A stretch of 55,713 bases of DNA from Acidobacteriota bacterium (GCA_021828835.1 JAJZCY010000001.1:1-55713); one strand, 5' to 3'; positions 41,027 to 51,662 are shown, counted from the stretch's first letter. Translations and numbers: made by a program. Notes: generated from the letters alone by a model not told the origin.

Positions 41027-41140
41027 TGCAAAATCGACCGGTGCTCGGCGGGCCGGCTCCCAACTGCCGACTTCAGGCCAAGTCCCTCCCTGGCCTTGAC
41101 ACCCAAGGATCGGTTACTGGGCTTTCTGCCGGGGTGCAGG
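41027..41140 (-). other. Structured non-coding segment; possible IS110-type non-coding end remnant (unverified)
   Basis: Nested stems (41032-39 with 41108-15; 41075-80 with 41091-96; small hairpin 41120-30) between convergent genes. Confidence 0.3.
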
Positions 41141-41224
41141 AACGTGATTGCACGATGATCCTGCGGTCGTATCGTCGCCTGCTTGCTCGTTCTCGGTTTT
41201 CCGCCCCGGTCCCCGTTGCCGATC

Positions 41225-41839
41225 TTACGTAATGTCCTCGGTATCGTAGACGGGGGTGATTTTGCGCCGCGGCACGCCGTGCACCGAGGCCAGCAGGTCG
41301 TCCACCACGTCCTCGAGCTGGCGCTGGCTCTCGATCACCGCCTCCATGCTCTTCAGCTCTTCCTCTTCGCGGATGCGCGTCACCAGCGCCACCGCGTGGC
41401 ACTGCGCCACATGATCCAGGTTGAGCCCCTCGGGAGTCTTGGCCTTGATGCTCACCTGGCCAATCTCCACCTGGAGCAGATCGGCAAGGTGCGCGCGCAT
41501 CTCCGGCGCAATCGGCGCGATCTTGGGCTTGGCCAGGATCAGCGTCACATCCACATTGGCGATGCCATAGCCGGCGTGCTGAAGCTCCTCGAGAGCGGTA
41601 TTCAGAAAGATGGCCGAATCGGCGTCCTTCCAGCGCGGGTCGCCCGGCGGGAAAAAGCTGCCGATGTCGCCTGCCGCCACCGCGCCCAGCAGCGCGTCCG
41701 TCACCGCATGCAGCAGCACATCGCCGTCCGAGTGCCCCGCCAGCCCCTCGGGATGCTCCAGCGCCATGCCGCCAATGCGCAGCGGCACTCCGGGCTTGAA
41801 CGCGTGCGAGTCGTAGCCAAAGCCGATCCGTGTATCCAT
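41225..41839 (-). CDS. ispF: 2-C-methyl-D-erythritol 2,4-cyclodiphosphate synthase with C-terminal extension
   Basis: RIG.GYD.H, GHSDGDV.LHA.TDALLGA, DIG.FFP, NVDVT, SIKAKT.EG. Confidence 0.95.
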   Translation of the reverse strand: MDTRIGFGYDSHAFKPGVPLRIGGMALEHPEGLAGHSDGDVLLHAVTDALLGAVAAGDIGSFFPPGDPRWKDADSAIFLNTALEELQHAGYGIANVDVTLILAKPKIAPIAPEMRAHLADLLQVEIGQVSIKAKTPEGLNLDHVAQCHAVALVTRIREEEELKSMEAVIESQRQLEDVVDDLLASVHGVPRRKITPVYDTEDIT

Positions 41840-41896
41840 GCTCTCCGTGCCAATGTGCGGATAGGAGATCGACAGTTCAGCCGTCTGCTGCCCGAT

Positions 41897-41926
41897 CTCT
41901 GTTCCCTGTTCTCTGTTCTCTCTGTT
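41897..41926. repeat. (CYCTGTT) heptamer repeats between ispD and ispF
   Basis: ctctgtt ccctgtt ctctgtt ct ctctgtt. Confidence 0.7.
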
Positions 41927-41927
41927 C

Positions 41928-42629
41928 TTACTTCGCCCGCTGCTTCAGAAAGAACTCCGCCAGCTCCAGATCCCCGGGCTGCGTAATCTTCAGATTAACC
42001 GGAGATCCGGGCACCACGTGCACCGGCTGCCCGGCCCGCTCCACCAGCGACGCCTCGTCGGTGCCGATAAACCCATCCGCCTCCGCATCGGCGAAGGCGC
42101 TGCGCAGCAAACCCACCCGAAAGCCCTGCGGCGTCTGCGCCTGCACAATGAACTCGCGGGGAATCGTCGCCGTGATGATGGCGCCGTGGGCCGTGCGCTC
42201 CACCTGCTTGATGGTGTCCACCGCGGGCAGCCCCACAATCGCCGCCCCGTGTTCAGCCACCGCATCAATGGTGCGCTCGATGGTGGCCGTGTCGATCAGC
42301 GGCCGCACCGCGTCGTGCACCAGCACAAGATCGTCGGGGTCGGCCGGCAGCTTGGCAAGCGCATGAGCCACCGACTCCTGCCGCTTCTCGCCGCCTTCCA
42401 CCACATGCACGCGGCTGCCAAAACCGTGCTCGGCCACCTGCGCTTCCACGCGGGCGATCTCCGGCTTGCGCACCGCTACGTAGATCTCGCTGACGCGGGG
42501 CGCCCCGGCAAAGGCGCGCAGGGAGTGGATCAGGATCGGGGCTCCGTCCAACTCCAAAAACTGCTTGGGCTGGGGTCCGGCCATCCGCGTGCCCAGGCCC
42601 GCGGCCGGAAGAATCGCAAAAACTCGCAT
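41928..42629 (-). CDS. ispD: 2-C-methyl-D-erythritol 4-phosphate cytidylyltransferase
   Basis: PAAG.G.RM...PKQFL, GG..RQESV, VHDA.RP, AQTPQ.F, TDEAS, NLKIT.P.DL. Confidence 0.96.
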   Translation of the reverse strand: MRVFAILPAAGLGTRMAGPQPKQFLELDGAPILIHSLRAFAGAPRVSEIYVAVRKPEIARVEAQVAEHGFGSRVHVVEGGEKRQESVAHALAKLPADPDDLVLVHDAVRPLIDTATIERTIDAVAEHGAAIVGLPAVDTIKQVERTAHGAIITATIPREFIVQAQTPQGFRVGLLRSAFADAEADGFIGTDEASLVERAGQPVHVVPGSPVNLKITQPGDLELAEFFLKQRAK

Positions 42630-42656
42630 AACTCGGCGAGTATAGCACTGCGGCGA

Positions 42657-42762
42657 CAGCTTCCAGCTCCCAGCTTCGAGCCGCTGGCGTTTGCGGAGAC
42701 AGATGGGCCATGCGGCCAGCTCGCGAATGGGCGGAACAACCTCATCTAGGAGCTGGAAGCTG
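42657..42762. repeat. Inverted heptamer clusters (CAGCTYC)x3 ... (GRAGCTG)x2 in the ispD/tilS divergent region
   Basis: cagcttc cagctcc cagcttc at 42657-77; ggagctg gaagctg at 42749-62. Confidence 0.6.
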
Positions 42763-42781
42763 AACCTTCTATCATCCTCTC

Positions 42782-44185
42782 GTGCCTCCACGTTCCAAGC
42801 CCGCTGCCGCACTGCCGCTGGACCTCACGCTGCTCAAGCCCGGCATGCGCCTCACCGTAGGTCTCTCCGGCGGAGCCGACTCCGTCGCCCTGCTGCGCGC
42901 CCTCCACGAGCGCCGGGCGGAACTCGGCCTCGTGCTTTGCGCCGCTCATCTGCACCACGGCCTGCGCGGCGAAGAAGCCGACGCCGACCTCGCCTTCTGC
43001 CGCGACCTGGCTGCGCGCCTCGATCTTCCGTTTCACGAACACCGCATCGATATCCCCGCCGAAGCCCAGGCCAATCCAGCAGCCGGCAAGGCCGCCGAGA
43101 CCCTGGAAGAGGCCGCGCGCCGCGTGCGCTATTCCTGGTTTCGCACGCTCTTGTCCAAAGCTCCGCCCCCCGCAGTGGTGGCCACGGCGCATACCCTCGA
43201 CGATCAGGCCGAGACCGTTCTCGCCAAGTTCCTGCGCGGCGCCTGGACCGAGGGCCTCTCCGGCATCTCACCCCAACTCGAATTTTCCGAAGGCATGGTC
43301 GTACGTCCTTTGCTTGGCGCCACCCGCGCCCAGGTCGAGGCCTACCTGCACTCCCTCCACCAGCCCTGGTGCGAGGACTCCACCAACCGCCACCTCACCT
43401 TCACCCGCAACCGCATCCGCCACGAACTGCTGCCCCAGCTCGAGCAGTGGAACCCGCGCCTGCGGGAGCACCTGGTCCAGATGGCCGCGCTGGCCCGCGA
43501 CGAGGAGGCCTGGTGGCAGGCCGAGCAGGCCCGCGTCGCCCCGCAGTTGATCCTGAGCGGAAGACCGGTGCGCGGCGGCGGCCGCGCCTCCGCCTCCGGC
43601 CTGGCTCTCGATGTATCCCGCTTTGCCGCCCTCGCCCCCGCGTTGCAGCGCCGCCTGTTGCGCCATGCCGCCGGCCTGCTCGGCGCCGCTCCCGATTTTC
43701 CCGCCACCGAGAGCCTGCGCGCCCTGGCGCTCAGCGGCCGCTCCGGCCAGCGTTGCGAACTCGCCGGCCTGCACGCCGAGCGGACCCCCCGCGAGCTGCG
43801 CCTCGAACCGGCTGCTCCGGCGCCCGTCTTCGAAGTTCCGGAGTACCGCATCCCCGTCCCCGGCCAGATCGACGCTCCCGCCTTCAGCCTGCGCCTCCGC
43901 CTCGCTACCTCCGGCCTCCTAGCCGAGTCCAATCTTCAGACGAACCACGCAGCTCGTACCGCGGTGCTCCGCACCTGGACTCCTGGCGACAGGGTCCGGC
44001 TTCGCCACTCCAGCGCTCCCCGCAAGGTCAAGGAGATCCTGGAGCGGCTGCGGGTCACCGGGTCGGCGCGCGCGGTTTGGCCGGTTCTCGAACTCGACGG
44101 CCGCATTGTCTGGATGAAAGGTGTGGAGCTGGAACCCGAAGCAGGGCTCACCGTGCAGGTCGAGTTGTTGGAGGACCTCGCTTAA
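42782..44185 (+). CDS. tilS: tRNA(Ile)-lysidine synthetase
   Basis: SGGADS.ALL, H..HGLRG, EE.AR..RY, TAH..DDQAET, RPLL, EDSTN, RNRIR, C-terminal PGDR...RK.K. Confidence 0.95.
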   Translation: MPPRSKPAAALPLDLTLLKPGMRLTVGLSGGADSVALLRALHERRAELGLVLCAAHLHHGLRGEEADADLAFCRDLAARLDLPFHEHRIDIPAEAQANPAAGKAAETLEEAARRVRYSWFRTLLSKAPPPAVVATAHTLDDQAETVLAKFLRGAWTEGLSGISPQLEFSEGMVVRPLLGATRAQVEAYLHSLHQPWCEDSTNRHLTFTRNRIRHELLPQLEQWNPRLREHLVQMAALARDEEAWWQAEQARVAPQLILSGRPVRGGGRASASGLALDVSRFAALAPALQRRLLRHAAGLLGAAPDFPATESLRALALSGRSGQRCELAGLHAERTPRELRLEPAAPAPVFEVPEYRIPVPGQIDAPAFSLRLRLATSGLLAESNLQTNHAARTAVLRTWTPGDRVRLRHSSAPRKVKEILERLRVTGSARAVWPVLELDGRIVWMKGVELEPEAGLTVQVELLEDLA

Positions 44186-44443
44186 CCTGTTCCCCATCCG
44201 GCACTTCCCGGCGAGTTTTGTGCGCGGCGGCCGGGCCGGTCCCGCGCCGCGTCTACCGCGGTTCAGGCCGGCTTGGGAGTACAATTTGAGATACTGCTCG
44301 TCCGGGCGGCACGCCATTCGTGTAGCCGCTTTGACGCCCCTGCACGATTCTGTAACTTGTCGCAGCAGCCCGGCGTCTAATGGATGGAAGCATGCGGTGG
44401 TGGAGGTCTTGAGTTTCTCCCTCCCCGGGAAAGAGGAGTCCTG

Positions 44444-46363
<1,920 letters not shown>

Positions 46364-46415
46364 ACCCCTGCGGTGGGGCAGACGCGGCTTCGCCGCAACA
46401 GCAAGAACACAACGG

Positions 46416-46445
46416 AAAGGGCTGCTCCAGCGAGCAGCCCTTTTT
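46416..46445 (+). terminator. Intrinsic terminator after ftsH
   Basis: AAAGGGCTGCTC-CAGC-GAGCAGCCC-TTTTT. Confidence 0.85.
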
Positions 46446-46497
46446 GCGTGCCTCTCGCTTTTCGTGCTGCCCCTCGCCAGCGCCCTCAACTGAATCC

Positions 46498-46545
46498 GTA
46501 GCGCCGGTCTCCAGACCGGCTGTAGGGGCGGCGTCCTCGCCGCCC
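46498..46545 (+). repeat. GTAG-footed REP pair
   Basis: GTAG-CGCCGGTC-TCCA-GACCGGC then GTAG-GGGCGGCG-TCCT-CGCCGCCC. Confidence 0.8.
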
Positions 46546-46630
46546 GCCCGCCACTGCCCCACAGCAGAATTTGCGCACACCATCTGCCTGCGCGAATTAG
46601 AATCCTCGGAATGCAAGTGGAGCGTTCCGG

Positions 46631-47551
46631 ATGAGTCCAACCAGAAGAGGCTTTGTAAAGATGAGTCTGGCAACACTGCCCGTTGCCGGGCTTTTGAGTG
46701 GCAGCGATTCCCCTGCCCTGGCCAGCGGCCAGGGAGCACCCGAGACTCGATCGAGCGAGATCCTTCTCCAAGAGATCCAGGACCACCGCCAGGGCACCGC
46801 CGTCTGGTGGATGGGCAATTCCGGCTGGCTGATCAAGTCGGGCGACCTGCTGTTCGCCTCCGACCTCGACCTCGAGGCCGACAGCCGCGAGTATCCCAAG
46901 ATCCATCCTCCGCCGTTATCCCCGCAGCAGTTGGCCGGCATTCTGGACGTCGAGTTTGTCACCCACCAGCACGGCGATCATTGCAATGTGCCCACCATCC
47001 AGGGACTCGCCCAGGGAACCCGCACCACCTTCGTCCTGCCGCAAACCTGCGTTCGAGAGGTGGCCTCGCTGAACATCCCCAAGGAGCGGATCGTCGTTCC
47101 CGAGCCTTTGCAGCCCTTCGACATCAAGGGCATTCACGTGGAGCCCATCCATGCCATTCACGGCAATCAGGAGTTCACGGTGCTGACGCGCGAACCTGAC
47201 TTTGTCGACAGCATCGCGCACAACTGCGGTTACGTCTTCACGATCGGAGGCAAGCGCTTCCTCGAGCCTGGCGACTCGGTGCTCACCGAAGAGCACCTGA
47301 ACCTCAAGAACATCGATGTGCTGTTCGTCTCGCCCACCATCCACAACATGTACACCGACCGCTCCATGATTCTCATCAACCAGTTGCAGCCGTCTTACAT
47401 CTTTCCCCAGCACTTCGGCACCTACCAGGTGCGGGACGATATCGCGTTCTGGACGCGCGGCTACCCGGAAGAGCTGAAGATGAACCTCTCCCAGAACCTG
47501 CAAAGGCGCTACCACCAGCTCAAGATCGGCGACAAGTTCGAGATCGTGTGA
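46631..47551 (+). CDS. Tat-exported MBL-fold metallo-hydrolase (UlaG-like)
   Basis: TRRGFVK twin-arginine signal; WWMGNSG, THQHGDH, GYV, GDS, PQHF. Confidence 0.82.
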   Translation: MSPTRRGFVKMSLATLPVAGLLSGSDSPALASGQGAPETRSSEILLQEIQDHRQGTAVWWMGNSGWLIKSGDLLFASDLDLEADSREYPKIHPPPLSPQQLAGILDVEFVTHQHGDHCNVPTIQGLAQGTRTTFVLPQTCVREVASLNIPKERIVVPEPLQPFDIKGIHVEPIHAIHGNQEFTVLTREPDFVDSIAHNCGYVFTIGGKRFLEPGDSVLTEEHLNLKNIDVLFVSPTIHNMYTDRSMILINQLQPSYIFPQHFGTYQVRDDIAFWTRGYPEELKMNLSQNLQRRYHQLKIGDKFEIV

Positions 47552-47587
47552 GCGGGGAACAGAGAGCAGGCGTCAGGGATCGATGTT

Positions 47588-48529
47588 GAGACCTGGGAGA
47601 CCAACGCTCTACTGGCGCGCAAGCGCCCCAGAGCCTGTCGAAAGCGCACGCACAAAAAGTTCTGTGTCAGGGCACGGCTTCAGCCGTGCCGCAACCGCCC
47701 GCCCAACCACCACCTCTGGGTGCCCCAGGTCTCGATTCTGAGACCTGGGAAAGCTCCAACCTCTCGGGGCAGGTGGCCCGCTCATCGGTCCCAAAGGCGG
47801 GTGGCCCGGGTCTGAGGATGCGCCCCCAACCACCACCTCTGGGTGCCCCAGGTCCCCCGCTTCTGGGGACCTGGGAGACCACGACTCTCTCCCCGGCACA
47901 GCCGTAATCCAGGCAGGTGGCCCGGCCATGAATTAGCCGAAAACGCCGAGTGCCCCATCCATTCACAGTTTCATCGTGAATGGGTGGGAGACCACGAACC
48001 TCTGTCAGGTGGGCGGATGGCGCACCTAGCTTTTGGGCGGGTGGCGCACCCTAAGTGTTTGCAATCTCGATAGGCCCACAACTGGGGGGGGCAGGTGGCC
48101 CAGTCATCGGTCCCAAAGCCGGCACCCATCCGCTCAGGGCTGTGTCCCGTTCCTCGCGTTTTTGCGATGAGCGGGCGATGGAGCCTCGTGCCTCCCACTC
48201 AAAACGCAAAGAACGCGTTTTGAATGGGCCACGGACGATCATGCCAGTATGAAGTATGAAGGACTTGAGCAGGCCACCTGCCACTCAGGGCTGTGTCCCG
48301 TTCCTCGCGTTTTTGCGATGAGCGGGCGATGGAGTCTCGTGCCTCCCACTCAAAACGCAAAGAACGCGTTTTGAATGGGCCACGGACGATCATGCCAGTA
48401 TGAAGCGTGAAGGACTTGAGCAGGCCACCTGCCCCTTTTTCTTTCCTCCAGGCCCGCGGGTGCCCCAGGTCCCCCGCTTCTGGGGACCTGGGAGACCACG
48501 ACTCTCTCCCCGGCACAGCCGTAATCCAG
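47588..48529. mobile_element. Nested array of REP-like head/hairpin elements, including a 151-bp tandem duplication and an identical 72-bp repeat
   Basis: Heads at 47769, 47797, 47913, 48091, variants at 48013 and 48037, reversed heads ending 48281 and 48432; hairpins at 47718, 47841, 47948, 48140, 48458; 47841-47912 equals 48458-48529; 48131-48281 nearly equals 48282-48432. Confidence 0.85.
47666..47691 (+). repeat. GTCAG-GGCACGGC-TTCA-GCCGTGCC palindromic repeat (separate family)
   Basis: Perfect 8-bp stem with a TTCA loop. Confidence 0.65.
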
Positions 48530-48639
48530 CAAGGCCAACAAAACTGAGGCTCGACAAGTGACTCGGCCTGTTGGCAACATCTCTTGCTTGATTGGATATG
48601 GACTGCGGAGATTACTTCATTGGTCTACACTGACAGTCA

Positions 48640-49773
48640 ATGATTGGAATCGATTCAACTATTTGCATCTACTGCAAGAATCATGGCTTTTCGAAAGAGC
48701 ATGTCGCCCCGTTTTCACTAGGCGGGAACTGCACGATCAAGTGCGTCTGCAAGGATTGCAACGGAAAACTGTCATCGGTCGATCAATCGCTTGCAGAGAA
48801 CTCGCCCGTCGCGCTTTCGAAGGTCGGCATGACACCTACGGCTGCGTTTGGAACCCAGTTGGGAACGATTGCCACCATGCGAGATCAAAGAGGGTTCGAT
48901 TTGGGTGTCCGGATCGGCAACCAGATGACTGTGGAGGTCCGGCCGCAAATCTTCCTTCGCGGGAACCAGTTGAGCATCAGTTGCCCCGACCGACAAGGTA
49001 TCCAAAAACTAGTTCGATATATAGACGATCAAATCAGAAAAGGAAGTTTGGCGGACGTTCATCAAAGGATCACACCTGATACTATTGCTCCCCGCTTCAT
49101 GATGCACAGGAGCGATGCCGCCGTTGTCGACGCGGCCTCTTCGGAAGAGGCCAGCAAACTTCTTGCGGTTATCGAAAAGAACTGGCCGGATGTGAAAACG
49201 ACGCTCGAAAAGCCAGACGCCGGAGAAGTGGTCAAGCAGGCTACCCCAAGTGTTCTCATCAAAATGGTGATGAAGCCAAATGAAGAGTACCGGGGTGTGG
49301 CGAAGATCGCTCTTGAGACAACGGCACTCCTGCTGGGCCCAGAATTCGTCCTGCGCGACACGTTAGATCCCATTCGTGAATATATCTTGGGTGACGTCCG
49401 TCTGCCAGTGATCGATGGTGATACCCCTGACCAGTTGGCTATTGACGCTCGGTTCGTAGAAAGAGTTCCAACCGAGAACTCATTTGACTTTACTGACCAG
49501 CACGGAGTGATCCTGTTCCATGAACCTCAGCATGGGCTTGCAGCGCTCGTGGTGCTTTATGGAATGCATCATTATAAGGTTAGGCTGGCGCCGCCGATGG
49601 ATCGAAGCTCTTGGGTGCGGCATTATGAATTTAGTTACACCAAGGATGGTCATAGAGAGCTGAGTGAACTAGACTTCGCGCGGCGGGCTTTGGAACGATT
49701 TCCTCACCTTCTCAAGATCGATCCAGGCATAGCCACAAAGATGTTGGAGGCTCTCAAAGGGGAAACTCGGTGA
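48640..49773 (+). CDS. HNH-type endonuclease (HNH_5-like N-terminus, uncharacterised C-terminus)
   Basis: CIYC...EHVAPFSLGG...VCKDCNGKLS zinc/HNH motif; clearly lower GC than the flanks (26/60 at 48661-48720). Confidence 0.75.
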   Translation: MIGIDSTICIYCKNHGFSKEHVAPFSLGGNCTIKCVCKDCNGKLSSVDQSLAENSPVALSKVGMTPTAAFGTQLGTIATMRDQRGFDLGVRIGNQMTVEVRPQIFLRGNQLSISCPDRQGIQKLVRYIDDQIRKGSLADVHQRITPDTIAPRFMMHRSDAAVVDAASSEEASKLLAVIEKNWPDVKTTLEKPDAGEVVKQATPSVLIKMVMKPNEEYRGVAKIALETTALLLGPEFVLRDTLDPIREYILGDVRLPVIDGDTPDQLAIDARFVERVPTENSFDFTDQHGVILFHEPQHGLAALVVLYGMHHYKVRLAPPMDRSSWVRHYEFSYTKDGHRELSELDFARRALERFPHLLKIDPGIATKMLEALKGETR

Positions 49774-50206
49774 GCGCATCATCGCTGAGGCACTCATCGA
49801 CTCGCGATCCGGCCCCCTAAGCCCCCTCACCACCCCATCCCCGCCCAAACTGCCCCCACCCCGTCCGTCAACCCCTCCCTCCACACATCCCCACTATCCT
49901 CCGCAAATTCAGCGCCTTCCCCGCGCCTCCCCGTTGCAGGCAATTTCCCCCAGTCGCTCTATCCTGATCGCGCAATCCAGTCTCCGGCAGAGCTGCGCAT
50001 TGCATCCGCCCGGCCCTGGCTGCCCCGTCGCAGGACCGTCCGATCTTAAAGTCTTCCGAACAATAGACTTGGCGCGGAAGTCCACCGCCCATCTCACGGA
50101 AAACAAGGGACTTTCGGACTTTGGGCAGCCCCCGTGGGGGGGGCCGGGGGGGGGCTGCCTCTGCCGCTACTGCCTCTGCTGAAAGGAAGAAATCCGATGT
50201 CCGCCA

Positions 50207-50268
50207 GCAGGTGGCCCGCTCATCGGTCCCAAAGCCGGCACCCATCCACTCAGGGCTGTGCCCCGTCC
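50207..50268 (+). mobile_element. Head-spacer-foot element with truncated hairpin
   Basis: Near-identical to 48091-48152; first 28 nt identical to 47769-47796. Confidence 0.8.
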
Positions 50269-50416
50269 TTATAACCCGTTTGTTTCTCACACCTACGCGA
50301 AAAAGAACGCAAATCGCATCTCGAAAAATGTGATCTGGCTCACGCTGCAGCCCCCGGCCCCGGGCGTCCTCTCCCCAGCTCCGGCAGCTCCCAGCCGCCC
50401 GATTACAATAAGCGCA

Positions 50417-51007
50417 ATGATCGCTCACCTGCGCGGCAAGCTCATCTTCAAGCAGCCCGGCCAGGCCATCGTCGAGTGCGGCGGCGTCGGCTACGACGTG
50501 GCCATCTCCGTGCCCACCTTTACGGCCCTGCCCGCCGTGGGCATCGAGACCGCGCTGCACATCCATACCCAGGTGAGCGACGACCAGATCGCCCTCTACG
50601 GCTTCCTCCAGAGCGACGAGAAGCGCCTCTTCGAGCGGCTCATCACCGTCAGCGCCGTCGGCCCCAGGCTGGCCATCAAGATCCTCAGCGGTCTCGATCC
50701 GGAGCGCGCGGTGCAGGCCATCCGCGGGCAGGATCATGCGCAGCTCACGCGCATCCCCGGCGTCGGCAAAAAGCTCGCCGAGCGCCTGGTGGTCGAGCTC
50801 AAAGACAAGCTCGACGACTTCGCGGTAGCGCCCGTGCACGCCGGGCCCAAAGGCGCGGCCGTCGACGACGTGCTCTCCGCGCTCGTCAATCTCGGCTACC
50901 AGCGTCCCGCGGCCGAGAAGGCCATCGAACAGGCACTGGCCAAAGAGGAAGCCCTGGCGGCCGACTTCGACGGCCTCTTCCGCGGCGCGCTCAAGGTGAT
51001 TCGCTGA
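50417..51007 (+). CDS. ruvA: Holliday junction branch migration protein RuvA
   Basis: MIAHLRG, GVGY, LYGF....EK.LF..LI.VS.VGP.LA, IPGVGKK.AER..VELKDK, AL.NLGY. Confidence 0.97.
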   Translation: MIAHLRGKLIFKQPGQAIVECGGVGYDVAISVPTFTALPAVGIETALHIHTQVSDDQIALYGFLQSDEKRLFERLITVSAVGPRLAIKILSGLDPERAVQAIRGQDHAQLTRIPGVGKKLAERLVVELKDKLDDFAVAPVHAGPKGAAVDDVLSALVNLGYQRPAAEKAIEQALAKEEALAADFDGLFRGALKVIR

Positions 51008-51125
51008 ACAGCGGCTTTCCGTGATTTCCTCCGCCTCTGTGGCTGCTTGTCGCAACGCTTCGCGTCTCGCGATTGCTCTCCTGTTACCCTTTTCGAGAGA
51101 CCTTTTCTGAGGAGCAGCAGCCCCC

Positions 51126-51662
51126 GTGCAGCGCATCTGTGTGGATATGGATGAGGTGATGGCCGATACCCTGGCCGAGCACCTGCGCCGCTACAACCAG
51201 GCCTTCGACGAGGCCATCACCCCCGAGGACCTGGCCGGCAAGGGCCTGTGGCAGTACACCCCGGTGGAGCGCCAGCAGCAGCTCCGCGCCTTTATCGATG
51301 CCGAGGATTTCTTCGAAGACCTGCCGCTGATCGCCGGAGCCCAGGACGTGCTCCGCAGCCTCTCCGCGCGCTTCGAGATCTTCATCGCCTCGCAGGCCAT
51401 GGTGGTGCCCAACTCGCTGGGGCCCAAGTACCGCTGGCTGCAACGGCACTTTTCCTTCATCCCGCCCTCGCACTATGTCTTCTGCGGCGACAAATCCATC
51501 CTGCTGGCCGACTACCTCATCGACGATCAGCCCCGTAATCTGCGCCAGTTCAAGGGCCAGGGCCTGCTCTTCACCGCTCCCCACAACCTCCCAGAAACGG
51601 AGTTTGTGCGCGTCAATAGCTGGCCCGAGGTCGCCGCCTACTTCGCCGCCGTGGCGTCCTAG
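51126..51662 (+). CDS. 5'(3')-deoxyribonucleotidase (NT5C, HAD family)
   Basis: DMDEV, FF.DL, K..WL..HF, FCGDK, DYLIDD, F.APHN. Confidence 0.88.
   Translation: MQRICVDMDEVMADTLAEHLRRYNQAFDEAITPEDLAGKGLWQYTPVERQQQLRAFIDAEDFFEDLPLIAGAQDVLRSLSARFEIFIASQAMVVPNSLGPKYRWLQRHFSFIPPSHYVFCGDKSILLADYLIDDQPRNLRQFKGQGLLFTAPHNLPETEFVRVNSWPEVAAYFAAVAS

Noticed and set aside
41060-41100. SAM-I riboswitch-like GGAGGGACTTGGCC on the minus strand
   Set aside because: Lacks the ATC..GAG P1 and GCAACC/GTGC core, and lies between convergent gene ends rather than in a leader.
44186-44443. Missing hpt between tilS and ftsH
   Set aside because: No remnant is visible and gene-order variation here is unremarkable.
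47588-48529. CRISPR array or integron attC cassette array
   Set aside because: Repeat units vary in sequence, length, spacing and orientation, intervening sequences are themselves repeated, and there is no cas or integrase gene or GTTRRRY/RYYYAAC core pattern.
47609-48580. Short ORFs across the repeat array
   Set aside because: They are translations of the repeats, with no independent coding signal.
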